Origin: an uncultured Pirellulales bacterium | Lineage (GTDB): Bacteria > Planctomycetota > Phycisphaerae > Sedimentisphaerales > SM23-30 | Direction of reading: 5' to 3' | DNA length: 64,000 nt | Assembly: GCA_964482555.1 (NCBI GenBank) | Contig: CAYZXY010000011.1 | Coordinates: 984 to 64,983, forward strand | In this document: one piece after another, positions 1 through 10,001 of the stretch | Layout of the letters: every line of letters begins with the position of its first letter | Numbering within the stretch: the first letter of the stretch is position 1 | Notes under the pieces: generated by a model | Seen by the model: only the letters and a program-made list of their open reading frames with translations | The model's database searches: none | What the model was told of the DNA's origin: nothing | Position numbers and translations under genes: made by a program

Positions 1-2
1 CC

Positions 3-251
3 ACCCTTAATCATCCGGTCCTGAAAACACCTTATGTGATGGATTATGCCAACCATGAATATCTGCGCAATGTCACCCTGGACACTGTCAGCGTCGGCGG
101 AGGGGCTACGCTGGCATTCAGCAGTCTGGGCGTGCCCGAACGGCCGGACGGCACGGACCTGACCGCGCCGGCAGCCATCATTATATCCTCCGGCGGATTA
201 AGCAATACGGTTACGGTCGAACCCGTAACCGGGCGGATTATCAGCCCCTGA
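3..251 (+). CDS. C-terminal part of a GspH/FimT-like pseudopilin (5'-truncated by the window edge)
   Basis: The frame is open from position 3. The C-terminus 'LAFSSLGVP...IIISSGGLSNTVTVEPVTGRI' resembles GspH/FimT, and the gene lies just upstream of a secretin. Confidence 0.6.
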   Translation, partial: TLNHPVLKTPYVMDYANHEYLRNVTLDTVSVGGGATLAFSSLGVPERPDGTDLTAPAAIIISSGGLSNTVTVEPVTGRIISP

Positions 252-513
252 GTCTGGTTCTGATAATTCCGTGGATATAAAAAGCGAACGACCGATAACC
301 GGGCTCAAGGAAAAATGAACAGGAACTGACACTACTGGAAAACGTGTTTTTTGATTTGTATGGAAGTAGAGGTTTAGATGTTACCGGCAGCGGACGACAA
401 TAAGTAAGTCCGGTTGTCGGGCCATCGCAGCGAACAGATTTGCTGCAAGATCAACCGGGCGGAAACCAGCGCTAGGAGCGCCGCAAGGCTTGCAGCCAGA
501 GGAGATTCGAGTT

Positions 514-2535
514 ATGAAACGCATTGTCATCTCGTTAAGTTTGTTAATAGCACTCTTTTGGGGCCAGTCCCCCGATCTTGCGGCACAGGAAGCCATGCCG
601 GTAGAAGAGGACAACTTTATTACCGCGACAGAGGCGGTGACAGCGGTCGCGGAAGCGGAACAGGAACCGGCCGAACAGCCGGCCGAAACGGATTCTGACA
701 GCGCCGGCGGCTCGCTGTTCAAAAAGCTCATGACCGGCAGCAGTGAACCCGAAGAGGTCGCCGTGGCCGCCGTTCCCGATGATCTCAGCGGCAATGGAAC
801 GGCGCTGCCGGCGCCCGACGCCGAGGGGGTCATCAGCTCGGTGAATCACAAGGGTGATATCGTCGACTTTCTGAAGATTCTCAGCGTCACCTGCAACAAG
901 AATATTGTCCCAACCCAGGCTGTTCGTGGTCCGGTAGAGGTCAACCTGTTTAATATCACCTGGCGGGAAGCTCTGGAAGTCGTCCTGAAATCCAACGGGT
1001 TCGTCTATGAAGAAGAAGGGCCGTTCATTTATGTCTATACCGAAAAGGAATATGAAGAGAAACAACAGGCCGCCCGTCGGGTTGTGGCTCGCATTTTTCA
1101 TTTGAATTATCTGACCACACTCGATGCCGAAGCAATGATTAGGCCCCTGTTAAGCGAAGCGGGTACCCTTACCAGAACGCCGGATGTCGTCGATACTATT
1201 GAAGGTTCCAAGGAAAACTGGGCGGGCAGCAATGCCCTGATCGTCGTGGATTACCCCGAACGGCTGGAAGCGGTTGCCAGAACTCTTCAGGATATCGACA
1301 GACGTCCGCCGCAGGTGCTGGTGGAAGCGACAATCCTGGTCGCCAGCCTCGACGACAAAAACGAACTGGGCGTTGATTTTAACGTGCTCGGCGGCGTGGA
1401 TTTCCAGGCGGTCGGCGGTAAATTCGTGCCGCAGGATGATACCGTCGGCATCGACGGCTTAGAATCGAGCGTCGATACCGATTTTACCAGCACCCTTAGC
1501 GGTGGCGGCTTGAATATCGGTATTGTCAGCAGCAACATTGGTCTGTTCGTCAAGGCCCTGGAAAGCACGACGGACGTCGTCACCCTCGGTAATCCCAAGG
1601 TTCTGACTCTAAACCGCCAGACGGGCCAGGTCATCGTCGGCAAGCGTGACGGCTATATCACCACTGAAATATCCGCCACCACCTCGACCCAGACCGTGGA
1701 ATTTCTGGAAACCGGTACCCAGATGGTCTTTACCCCGTTTGTGATGGACGACGGTTATATCCGTATGGAGCTGCATCCCAAAGACAGTGACGGCGGTGTC
1801 GGCGCCAATGGGCTGCCTTCGGAAAACACCACCGAAGTTACCTCCAATGTCCTGGTGCGTGACGGCCGGACAATCGTTATCGGCGGTCTGTTCCGTGAAA
1901 AAACGACCATCGGCCGCAGTCAGATTCCGGTGCTGGGCAACATCCCGCTGATGGGCGAGCTGTTCAAGAGCTCTTCCGACAACAGCACCAAAGAAGAAGT
2001 CATCTTCCTGATCACACCGCATATCGTTAAGGAAGAAAAGGACTACGCCCTGGCCGAAGAGATTCTGGAGCGGACCAATTCGCTGATGCTGGGCGCCCGT
2101 GAAGGTATGCACCCGACCTCCCGCGACCGTCTGGCCAGTGTTCATTATAACCGGGCCCGTGAGGCACAAACCGTCGGCGATATTGATTCTGCCCTGTGGC
2201 ATACCAATCTGGCACTGTATGCCAGCCCTACGTTCCTGGATGCGATTGAATTGAAAAACGAGTTGCAGGGCCGGGAGATGTATGAAAAACACTACGGCTT
2301 TATGAAAGATATGATGCAGCGTCTGATAGAAACCTCTCCGGAGGGGATGGATGACGGCGTGTCCTGGCATCAGAATCATCCGCTGCGATTCAATGAATCG
2401 GACGAAGAAGACGATGATTCGGAAAAAGGTCCGCGTGAACCGGCTCCACCAGAGTTCAAGACTTCCGGCGGCCTCTTTTCCGACGGTGTGCGTAAACCTG
2501 AAGAACCGACACCGCCGGAGTATCGTGCCGGTTAA
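514..2535 (+). CDS. Secretin, GspD/PilQ family
   Basis: Signal peptide and GAGGAG RBS before ATG 514. Secretin motifs 'PPQVLVEATIL', 'GNPKVLTLNRQTG', 'VRDGRTIVIGGL', 'IPVLGNIPLMGELF', 'EVIFLITPHIV'. Confidence 0.93.
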   Translation: MKRIVISLSLLIALFWGQSPDLAAQEAMPVEEDNFITATEAVTAVAEAEQEPAEQPAETDSDSAGGSLFKKLMTGSSEPEEVAVAAVPDDLSGNGTALPAPDAEGVISSVNHKGDIVDFLKILSVTCNKNIVPTQAVRGPVEVNLFNITWREALEVVLKSNGFVYEEEGPFIYVYTEKEYEEKQQAARRVVARIFHLNYLTTLDAEAMIRPLLSEAGTLTRTPDVVDTIEGSKENWAGSNALIVVDYPERLEAVARTLQDIDRRPPQVLVEATILVASLDDKNELGVDFNVLGGVDFQAVGGKFVPQDDTVGIDGLESSVDTDFTSTLSGGGLNIGIVSSNIGLFVKALESTTDVVTLGNPKVLTLNRQTGQVIVGKRDGYITTEISATTSTQTVEFLETGTQMVFTPFVMDDGYIRMELHPKDSDGGVGANGLPSENTTEVTSNVLVRDGRTIVIGGLFREKTTIGRSQIPVLGNIPLMGELFKSSSDNSTKEEVIFLITPHIVKEEKDYALAEEILERTNSLMLGAREGMHPTSRDRLASVHYNRAREAQTVGDIDSALWHTNLALYASPTFLDAIELKNELQGREMYEKHYGFMKDMMQRLIETSPEGMDDGVSWHQNHPLRFNESDEEDDDSEKGPREPAPPEFKTSGGLFSDGVRKPEEPTPPEYRAG

Positions 2536-2557
2536 TACTCACAGAAACCATATGAGA

Positions 2558-2592
2558 CCTGCCCGTCGTCTTCGCGTCGGGCAGGATTTTCT
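2558..2592 (+). terminator. Hairpin, possible intrinsic terminator or attenuator after the secretin
   Basis: CCTGCCCG...CGGGCAGG stem followed by ATTTTCT. Confidence 0.5.
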
Positions 2593-2649
2593 CATTGATA
2601 TAAACAATTTTACCCGTACAGGAAACATCTTGCCTGAGGAGGCACCTTT

Positions 2650-3882
2650 ATGAAACGCTTGTTTTCTCTATTGATTGTCCCACTGGTCCTTGCCGCCGCG
2701 GGCTGTCAGAATCAGCATGTCGAATCGCGCAAGGAGCTCAGTGAACGCTGGAACAAAACCCGGGTGCAAATGGCTGTCAAGCAGGCCCGCCAGCAGTTCG
2801 ATTCCGGTCAACTGGAACTGGCGCTCCGCACGGTTCAGCGGGCTGCCGAGATCGATCCGGATTATGTGCCGGCCTATCTGCTTGTCGGTCAGATCTACCT
2901 GGAACAGGGCTATCTGGGGCCAGCTCAGAAACATCTGGAGCACTGCCTCGAGATCGACCCCTGCAACGCACCGGCCAGCTACAATCTGGGCGTTGTCTAT
3001 GAACGCCGCGGCATACTGGATAAAGCGTTCGATTGTTATGAGTTTTCCTGGCAGAAGCATCCCGAACGCAGTGCGTATGTCCTGGCCATGGCGGAGATGT
3101 ATGTCGGCCGTCAGGAATATCGGACCGGACTGGATATCCTGGAAGAATACATCAGCGGCTCGACCCACGGCGAGCCCAACCCATCGGTCTACCTGGCCGC
3201 GGGAAACATCAATCTTATGCTGAAGAAGCCGGAGGCGGCGGTGTCCTGTTTTCGCAGCGCCTGCAACCTCGCGCCGGATGATGACCGGCTGACGGAATCG
3301 CTGGCGTATGCGCTGATGGCGTCCGGAGATTACAAAGAGGCGCTGCGGCTTTTTGAACGGCTGCAGCGGCGGCTGCAAGATGAAGGCAGAAAGGTCGACT
3401 GGGCCCATGCTTTGGCCCTGGGCGATTGTTATATGAAAATGGGCAAGAATCATCAGGCGCTGCGCTGTTACCAGCAGGTCAGCGACGAAGCCCCATCAAA
3501 TCCGGCCGTATGGAACCGGATGGCCCGAACCGCCCTTGCCCGGGAGGATTATCAGCGGGCGCAGATGTGGGCGCGCAAGGCGATGGTACTTGATGATGAC
3601 AATACCGAGGCACGATTGATTCTGGGATTTACCGCTTTCCAGAAGCACAGATACCATGAAGTCGAGACGATTATGAATGAAGTCCTGGTCGTCGAGCCTG
3701 AGAATACAGTTGCCTGGTGTCTGCTGGGACAGGCGTATCAGGCCCAAGAAAAAAACCAGGAAGCGATGCAATGCTACGGCAAGGCGTTGCAGATCGACCC
3801 TAAAGATGCTTTTGCCCGGCGATGTCTGGCTAACCTGGATAATGTCCGGATCAGCCTCAATCCGGGAATCGATAGCCATTAA
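2650..3882 (+). CDS. TPR-repeat lipoprotein, possible pilotin (PilF/TadD-like)
   Basis: Lipobox 'LAAAGC', many TPR repeats (e.g. 'ASYNLGVVYERRG', 'AWCLLGQAYQAQ'), adjacent to the secretin. Confidence 0.8.
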   Translation: MKRLFSLLIVPLVLAAAGCQNQHVESRKELSERWNKTRVQMAVKQARQQFDSGQLELALRTVQRAAEIDPDYVPAYLLVGQIYLEQGYLGPAQKHLEHCLEIDPCNAPASYNLGVVYERRGILDKAFDCYEFSWQKHPERSAYVLAMAEMYVGRQEYRTGLDILEEYISGSTHGEPNPSVYLAAGNINLMLKKPEAAVSCFRSACNLAPDDDRLTESLAYALMASGDYKEALRLFERLQRRLQDEGRKVDWAHALALGDCYMKMGKNHQALRCYQQVSDEAPSNPAVWNRMARTALAREDYQRAQMWARKAMVLDDDNTEARLILGFTAFQKHRYHEVETIMNEVLVVEPENTVAWCLLGQAYQAQEKNQEAMQCYGKALQIDPKDAFARRCLANLDNVRISLNPGIDSH

Positions 3883-3988
3883 GAGCGGCTTCGACTGTAA
3901 AAAGTCTCAATGGAGTGAAATCTTGCGAAAAGACACAAAACAAAAAGAAGTAAAGATTATGAATATGGTATTCATGAACAGTGCCTGG

Positions 3989-4043
3989 ATTTCGGATTTG
4001 AGAATTATTTCAAATTTCGAACTTCGTGCTTCTGATTTCAGGT
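3989..4043. repeat. Degenerate heptamer tandem repeat
   Basis: TTCAAAT TTCGAAC TTCGTGC TTCTGAT TTCAGGT at 4009-4043, plus TTCGGAT upstream. Confidence 0.7.
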
Positions 4044-4066
4044 TTATCCGTGTTTGGAGGTAGTCC

Positions 4067-5560
4067 GTGTTACTTGCTCGTAAAATCAGAATGTTACAGG
4101 TGTCGCTTTCGCTGGCGGCGCTGCTTTCGCTGGTGATGCTCGGGGTGATACCGGCAGGGTTCTCCTCCGGCCTGAGCAACTGGCTGGGCTGGCTGGGGGT
4201 CGCTCTGATTGCTGTGGGTGGCTTTGTCGGCGTTTTTATCATGTATCGGCGTTATCTTATGATTCTCAGTGAAATCCACAACCAGATTCGCCATTTCATG
4301 AAAACCGGCCAGGTCGGTCTGATCATGCTCGATACGCATGATGAGCTTGCCGGCCTGATTAACGAGGTCAATAAATATTTGACGCATATTAAATTTAATT
4401 TTCAGAAAGAACGTCAGGTTCACAAAGAACTGTCTTTGCGAGCGTCCGTCGCAGAAACCGAAAAGCGTCAGGCCGAAGCCGTTATCTACAGCATCTCCGA
4501 AGCCGTCATTGTGACCGATCGTTATAACGAACTTGTTCTGGCTAACGAGACGGCTCAGGATCTTTTCGATTTCAATCTGGAGAAGCAGTACCGCCAGACG
4601 CTCGAACAGGTCATCGACTGGCCGGCCGCCGGCGAAATCATCAATGATGCCCGCTCCCGCGGCCGTATCACCATCAAGCGCGATTATCGCCATCCCGTGA
4701 CTCAGGCGGACTATAATCTGAAAATTTTTTCGTCGGCTATCCGGGATGACAATGATGAGATTATCGGCGTCGTCATGATCGTCCATGATGTTACCTCCGA
4801 ACAGGAACTGGTTCGCCTGAAAGATGATTTTGTCAGCTGCGTTTCGCATGAGCTCAAAACCCCGCTGGCCAGCATCCAGGCGTATGCCGAAATGCTCACC
4901 GACCACGAGGCCGGCACACTCAACGACCAGCGGCGGTTCTGCGATATCATCCAGAACCAGGCCGATCAGCTCAATCGCCTCATCGACGACATTCTGAATA
5001 TTTCCCGAATCGAGGCCGGCGTCGCCAGCCCGTTGATTAAGTCGTTCGATCTGGTCCGACTGGTCGATGAGATCATCAATATTTTACAGCCCCAGCTTGA
5101 CGGTAAAAAATTACAACTCAACTTCCAGAAGGATGAACCGGAAATGATCATTCAGGCCGACCGGGACCTGCTCTTTCATGCCATCATCAATCTGGTGAGC
5201 AATGCCGTAAAATACTCGCCGGAAAGCGCCGCCGTCGCCATCCGGCTGCAAAGAGATTCCTCCGAACAGGTTCACATCGAAGTCGAAGACCAGGGGGAAG
5301 GGATTCCCATCGGCATGCACGAACAGATTTTCGAGAAATTTTATCGAGTTTCGCAATCCACCGCTGTCGCCGGCACCGGTCTGGGACTGCATGTTGCCCG
5401 GGAAATCGTCAATACACTCCACGGCGGCAGCCTGGCGGTGCGCAGCGAGCCCGGCAAAGGCAGTTGTTTTCGGATAAGCCTGCCGCAGCCGCCGGTTCCT
5501 GTCCGCACAGCCGCCCCCATACCCTCTCTGGCCACTCAGAAAAATGGAGAAAAGCTATGA
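4067..5560 (+). CDS. Membrane PAS sensor histidine kinase
   Basis: Two N-terminal TM segments, PAS region, H-box 'SHELKTPL', N-box 'NLVSNAVKYS', G1 'DQGEGI', G2 'GTGLGL'. GGAGG RBS before a GTG start. Confidence 0.93.
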   Translation: MLLARKIRMLQVSLSLAALLSLVMLGVIPAGFSSGLSNWLGWLGVALIAVGGFVGVFIMYRRYLMILSEIHNQIRHFMKTGQVGLIMLDTHDELAGLINEVNKYLTHIKFNFQKERQVHKELSLRASVAETEKRQAEAVIYSISEAVIVTDRYNELVLANETAQDLFDFNLEKQYRQTLEQVIDWPAAGEIINDARSRGRITIKRDYRHPVTQADYNLKIFSSAIRDDNDEIIGVVMIVHDVTSEQELVRLKDDFVSCVSHELKTPLASIQAYAEMLTDHEAGTLNDQRRFCDIIQNQADQLNRLIDDILNISRIEAGVASPLIKSFDLVRLVDEIINILQPQLDGKKLQLNFQKDEPEMIIQADRDLLFHAIINLVSNAVKYSPESAAVAIRLQRDSSEQVHIEVEDQGEGIPIGMHEQIFEKFYRVSQSTAVAGTGLGLHVAREIVNTLHGGSLAVRSEPGKGSCFRISLPQPPVPVRTAAPIPSLATQKNGEKL

Positions 5561-5943
5561 ATCATGCACCTAAAATACTCGTTGTTGATGATGAAGTCCA
5601 TATTTTGCACGTCATCGCTTTGAAAATGCGTAACGCCGGTTTCGAGGTGCTCACCTCACAGAACGGCGCCGAAGGGCTCGAACTGGCTCAGGTCGAGCAG
5701 CCCGACCTGATCATTACCGATTATCAAATGCCCCGACTTTCCGGTCTGGAAATGTGCCAGCGTCTGCGCCATATCCCTGCGACCAGTCAGATTCCCGCGA
5801 TCATGCTGACCGCCCGCGGTTTTCAACTTGACCAGCAGGCCCTTGACGGCGCTGGAATCGCCTTATGCATTCATAAACCCTTTGCCCCGCGGCAACTGCT
5901 GAACGATGTCAGGGTCGTGCTGGAATCAATGGCCGCTGTCTGA
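5557..5943 (+). CDS. Single-domain response regulator (CheY-like)
   Basis: 'KILVVDDE', 'DLIITDYQMP', 'MLTA', 'KPF'. ATGA overlap with the kinase stop. Confidence 0.92.
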   Translation: MNHAPKILVVDDEVHILHVIALKMRNAGFEVLTSQNGAEGLELAQVEQPDLIITDYQMPRLSGLEMCQRLRHIPATSQIPAIMLTARGFQLDQQALDGAGIALCIHKPFAPRQLLNDVRVVLESMAAV

Positions 5944-5995
5944 TTGCCGGCTTTCGCTGCCAGCGCATCAACCAGACAGGCAAAGGTGGATTCTT

Positions 5996-7261
5996 ATGAC
6001 GACGGAACTGGAAAAGCTGTTATATAACGGATTGCATATCCAGACAGATTCCTGCGGTGAGTGCAGGGATTTATCGAACGAACTGGAAAAAATCACCGAG
6101 TCCCTCTCCAAAAGCTATGAGGAAGTCGCTCTCCTTCAGCGGATCAGCGACGATATGCGGCTGACTCAGAACCCACATGATTTCTTTGCCCGGCTCTGTC
6201 CGGATATTCGCGAAGTCATTGAGGTCGAGCATGTCTTCATCTTCTGGCAGGAGAACAACGAAGCGGATATTCATAAGATTCATGTCATGCCGCAGCCGGC
6301 CCCTCTGGGGCAGCCGCTGTTTGACTATATCTGGAATCGCGTCAGTGAACATGTCAGCCGGCATAACTCGATATTACTCGACGGTCCGGCAGGACAGACA
6401 GCCAACGCTGACTGGCCGTTGCCGGTGCGCAATATTGTTAGCGTGCCCATTTCCCGGAATGGACGGTTTTTAGGGGCGATCGTTGCTGTTAATTCGCTTT
6501 CCAAGATGGAGTTCGATTCGCTGGATACCCGGCTGCTGACTTCCGTTTCCAATGAGTTGGCCGTATTCCTGGAAAACCATTACCTTTACCACGACCTCCA
6601 AGACCTTTTCCTCGGCTCACTGCGAGCTCTTTCCAGCAGCATCGACGCCAAAGATCCTTACACTTTTGGCCATTCTGAGCGAGTCGCCCAGATCTGTCGG
6701 CATATCGCCGGCCAGTTCGACCTCGACGATCAGCAGATGAACATTGTTTATCTCTCCGGCCTGCTGCACGATGTCGGTAAAATCGGTATCGACGAGGCCA
6801 TTCTTCGCAAGCCTTCCCGGTTGACGGATGAGGAATTCGCCCATATTCGCAAACACTCTCAGATCGGCGCCGATATTCTCAAACCCATCAAACGCATGGA
6901 GCAGGTTTCGCATGCCGTTCTTTGTCATCATGAGCGTTATGACGGCTATGGTTATCCCAACCGTCTGGCCGGCAAGGATATTCCGCTTCCCGGCCGTATC
7001 ATTATGATCGCCGACGCTTTTGATGTCATGACCGGCGAACGCACCTACAGCAAAGCGCTGCCGCTGCAATCGGCCCTGGCCGAAATTCGTCGCTGTTCCG
7101 GTACCCAGTTCGACCCTGAACTTGTGGATGCGTTCCTCAACTCCGATATCAAAGGTCTTCTCGCCCGCCTGCAGACCTTTACGCCCAATACCACACCCGC
7201 CAACTATCCGGAATTTGTCGCTCCACATGTTCAATGCGGCAACCGCATCTTATCTGAATAG
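5996..7261 (+). CDS. GAF + HD-GYP cyclic-dinucleotide phosphodiesterase
   Basis: 'DAKDPYTFGHSERV', 'LHDVGKIG', 'HHERYDGYGYP', 'IADAFD', 'SGTQFDP'; N-terminal GAF-like region. Confidence 0.92.
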   Translation: MTTELEKLLYNGLHIQTDSCGECRDLSNELEKITESLSKSYEEVALLQRISDDMRLTQNPHDFFARLCPDIREVIEVEHVFIFWQENNEADIHKIHVMPQPAPLGQPLFDYIWNRVSEHVSRHNSILLDGPAGQTANADWPLPVRNIVSVPISRNGRFLGAIVAVNSLSKMEFDSLDTRLLTSVSNELAVFLENHYLYHDLQDLFLGSLRALSSSIDAKDPYTFGHSERVAQICRHIAGQFDLDDQQMNIVYLSGLLHDVGKIGIDEAILRKPSRLTDEEFAHIRKHSQIGADILKPIKRMEQVSHAVLCHHERYDGYGYPNRLAGKDIPLPGRIIMIADAFDVMTGERTYSKALPLQSALAEIRRCSGTQFDPELVDAFLNSDIKGLLARLQTFTPNTTPANYPEFVAPHVQCGNRILSE

Positions 7262-7480
7262 ATGCTTGAATACCCGGTTTTTCTTTCGTGATTATCGACG
7301 AGTGAAATGTCGGAACATCTTCATAATCTATATAGACATCGGTTTTTAAATGATTTATAATTTCTTTCCAGTGTTACGATTATGTTGTCACAAACTGGTA
7401 TTGATCGATTCTAATGAAGAATTGTTTAGCATAACTTTTCAAAAACAGTTCAAAATCCTGCAGAAATACCCCCAGATTTT

Positions 7481-8131
7481 ATGAAATTCGATACAAAGGC
7501 TCGCTTATATCCATTGTTTTCAAATATTTCCAACAGAAAAGTCGTCGTTATCGGCGGCGGTCCTGTCGCCGAGCGTAAGGTTGAGAGCTTACTTGTTTGC
7601 GGAGCGGATGTTACGGTGATATCTCCGGAGCTGACGGAGCGTCTTGAAGCTCTGGCGGCGACTGAAACAATTGCCCATTTGGACCGACCTTATCAGGGTG
7701 GTGATCTGGACAATGCCTGGCTGGTGATTGCGGCGACCGATGATGAAACGATTAATGAAGCGGTGTTTAATGAAGCGCAGGAAAGGCGTATCTTTTGTAA
7801 CATCGTTGATGTAACGCATTTATGCAGCTTTCAAGTGCCGGCTATTGTTCGCCGGGGGCCGTTGCAGATCGCTGTTTCGACGGGGGGGTCCAGTCCGGCG
7901 TTAGCGCGGCGGATTCGGGAAATACTGGAAAAGGAATTTGACGAAAGCTATGTGCGTTTACTGGAAATTATGGGTGAAATGCGGGAATTTTTGAAAGAAA
8001 AGTATCCTGATGACCAGAAACGTCGTCAGGAAATCTTGGAAAACTTCCTGGATTCGCCGATTTTTGAGGCAATACGTGAGAAAAATGAGCAAAAGTTGCA
8101 GGAAATCATCAATAAATGGAAGAAAGTATAG
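7481..8131 (+). CDS. Precorrin-2 dehydrogenase / sirohydrochlorin ferrochelatase (SirC / CysG N-terminal / Met8 family)
   Basis: 'VVIGGGPVAERK', 'VIAATDD', 'CNIVD...CSFQVPA', 'IAVSTGGSSPALA'. Confidence 0.92.
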   Translation: MKFDTKARLYPLFSNISNRKVVVIGGGPVAERKVESLLVCGADVTVISPELTERLEALAATETIAHLDRPYQGGDLDNAWLVIAATDDETINEAVFNEAQERRIFCNIVDVTHLCSFQVPAIVRRGPLQIAVSTGGSSPALARRIREILEKEFDESYVRLLEIMGEMREFLKEKYPDDQKRRQEILENFLDSPIFEAIREKNEQKLQEIINKWKKV

Positions 8132-8167
8132 AGGAAATTTGATAAGATAGGAAAAGTTGGAACTGAA

Positions 8168-8716
8168 ATGGGCATATTGAAACGAGGGCTGGTTCAGATT
8201 TATACCGGTAATGGAAAAGGCAAGACGACGGCGGCGTTGGGGCTGGCCTGGCGGATGCTGGGGGCGGGAGGTTCGGTGTATTTTTGCCAGTTTTTAAAGC
8301 CGGAAGATTTTTTGACATCGGAAGCAGTGATGGCGGGAGCTTTTTCTGAACGGCTGGAATTTGACCGTATTGATTACGATTGGGATATGCAGCGTTCATG
8401 GATAGACCAGGAACACTTGGCGGCCATGAAGCGGTTAATTGGTGAAAAGTTGCTACAAATACGCGAGATAGCCGAAAAGGGAGACTATGATTTAATGGTT
8501 CTGGATGAGTTTATCTTTTGTTTGAGTAAGGAAATGGCCGGTCTCAGTGAGGTTTTGAATATCATTGATTCCCGGGCGGAGCATGTGGAAGTGGTGTTGA
8601 CGGGGCGGGGACCTTGCCGGGAAATGGAAGCGGCGGCGGACCTGGTGACGGAAATGAAGGAAGTCAAGCATCCTTATCAGCAGCAGATTCTGGCGCGGAG
8701 GGGGATAGAGTTTTGA
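8168..8716 (+). CDS. cobO: Cob(I)yrinic acid a,c-diamide adenosyltransferase (CobO/BtuR)
   Basis: 'YTGNGKGKTTAALG', 'QFLK', 'VLDE', 'VVLTGR', 'ADLVTEM..KHP', 'GIEF'. Confidence 0.93.
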   Translation: MGILKRGLVQIYTGNGKGKTTAALGLAWRMLGAGGSVYFCQFLKPEDFLTSEAVMAGAFSERLEFDRIDYDWDMQRSWIDQEHLAAMKRLIGEKLLQIREIAEKGDYDLMVLDEFIFCLSKEMAGLSEVLNIIDSRAEHVEVVLTGRGPCREMEAAADLVTEMKEVKHPYQQQILARRGIEF

Positions 8717-8879
8717 AGAAAAGGAGCTAAGGCAATGAATTTTATACCCATGTCCCTGACGGGACTTTAACGACAAGACAAACGGTAATGGCTGAATTTT
8801 AATCAGTCATTTTCGTAAGCGTTTAAACAAATTATATGCCGGCAGGACGTCGGCGTAAATGGCAGGCATAAGACATTAT

Positions 8880-9839
8880 ATGTGGTGGTACATTTTACGA
8901 CGAATCATTATGTTCCCGATTACCCTTTGGGTGATCTATACCATTACATTTCTGATGGCGGTGACGATTCCGGGCAACCCGTTCAAAACGGGAGATCGTT
9001 CGCTGCACCCGGATGTTGAGCGACTGCTCAAGATGCAGTACGATGCGGATAATCCTGTCCGGTTTTACCGCAAGTATCTGACGGGATTGATTCAGCCGGT
9101 GCCGGCGATAAAAGGGGAAGGGCCGTTGATTAACCTGGGGCCGTCGTGGCAGTACCGCGACTGGACATGTAACCAGATCATCGCGGCGTCGCTGCCGGTG
9201 TCGGTTACGCTGGGCTTTGTCGCGATTTTAATAGCGGTGGCGGTTGGCGTGCCGGTAGGCGTGATAAGCGCGGTTAAGCGCAACAGTTGGTTTGATTACG
9301 CCTCGCTGGCGGTGGCGTTGGTTGGAATCTCACTGCCGACATTCGTGACGGGGACAGCGTTGCTGATCTGGTTTGCGTTATGGCTGGATGTGCTCCCGGT
9401 GGGCGGCTGGGGGCGGCTGGAGCAGTTGTGGCTGCCGGCGATTACGCTGTCGCTGCCGTTTATGGCGTATATCGCGCGGCTGATGCGTCTGGGGATGCTG
9501 GATATTGTTTCGGCGGATTATATTCGAACGGCCCGGGCGAAAGGGCTGAGCCAGCGGGTGGTCATCTGGAAGCACGCATTGAAGAATGCTTTTTTGCCGG
9601 TATTGAGTTTTCTGGGGCCGGCGACCGCGGCGGCATTGACAGGTTCTTTCGTGATCGAGAGTATTTTCAATATTCCGGGACTGGGACAACACTTTGTCGC
9701 GGCGGTGCAGAATCGCGACCGGACACTGATCCTGGCGACGGTGCTGGTTTATTCCGCCATTATCATATTCTTTAATCTAGTTGTGGATGTGCTGTATGCG
9801 TTTGTGGACCCGAGGATCGATCTGGAAGCGGAAACGTAA
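8880..9839 (+). CDS. oppB: Peptide ABC transporter permease, OppB/DppB family (copy 1)
   Basis: EAA motif 'YIRTARAKGL', 'ESIFNIPGLG', 'DVLYAFVDPR'. Start could be 8859. Confidence 0.9.
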   Translation: MWWYILRRIIMFPITLWVIYTITFLMAVTIPGNPFKTGDRSLHPDVERLLKMQYDADNPVRFYRKYLTGLIQPVPAIKGEGPLINLGPSWQYRDWTCNQIIAASLPVSVTLGFVAILIAVAVGVPVGVISAVKRNSWFDYASLAVALVGISLPTFVTGTALLIWFALWLDVLPVGGWGRLEQLWLPAITLSLPFMAYIARLMRLGMLDIVSADYIRTARAKGLSQRVVIWKHALKNAFLPVLSFLGPATAAALTGSFVIESIFNIPGLGQHFVAAVQNRDRTLILATVLVYSAIIIFFNLVVDVLYAFVDPRIDLEAET

Positions 9840-10001
9840 GACGTGGGACGTACGATGCCGAATGGGGAAGAGTCAAGCCCGACACAAATGTGAGAGGCAG
9901 GGCGCAAAGCCGATCGAGTCTTAACCCACTACAATCACAGGTAAAGAACGATTGGAGAATACGGAAAAACATAATCGCAAGCAGTATAACAGAGTAACAG
10001 A

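Noticed and set aside
455-500. c-di-GMP-I (GEMM) riboswitch call
   Set aside because: GGAAAC and CGCAAGGC resemble parts of the motif, but the GAAA-tetraloop P2 and the P3 receptor are missing. Kept only as an unclassified structured leader.
7362-7392. dif site (TTATGTTGTCA resembles a XerD arm)
   Set aside because: No matching XerC arm, and the skew switch has the wrong polarity for a terminus.
8717-8879. Cobalamin riboswitch near cobO
   Set aside because: No recognisable B12-box or conserved core in this spacer or upstream of sirC.
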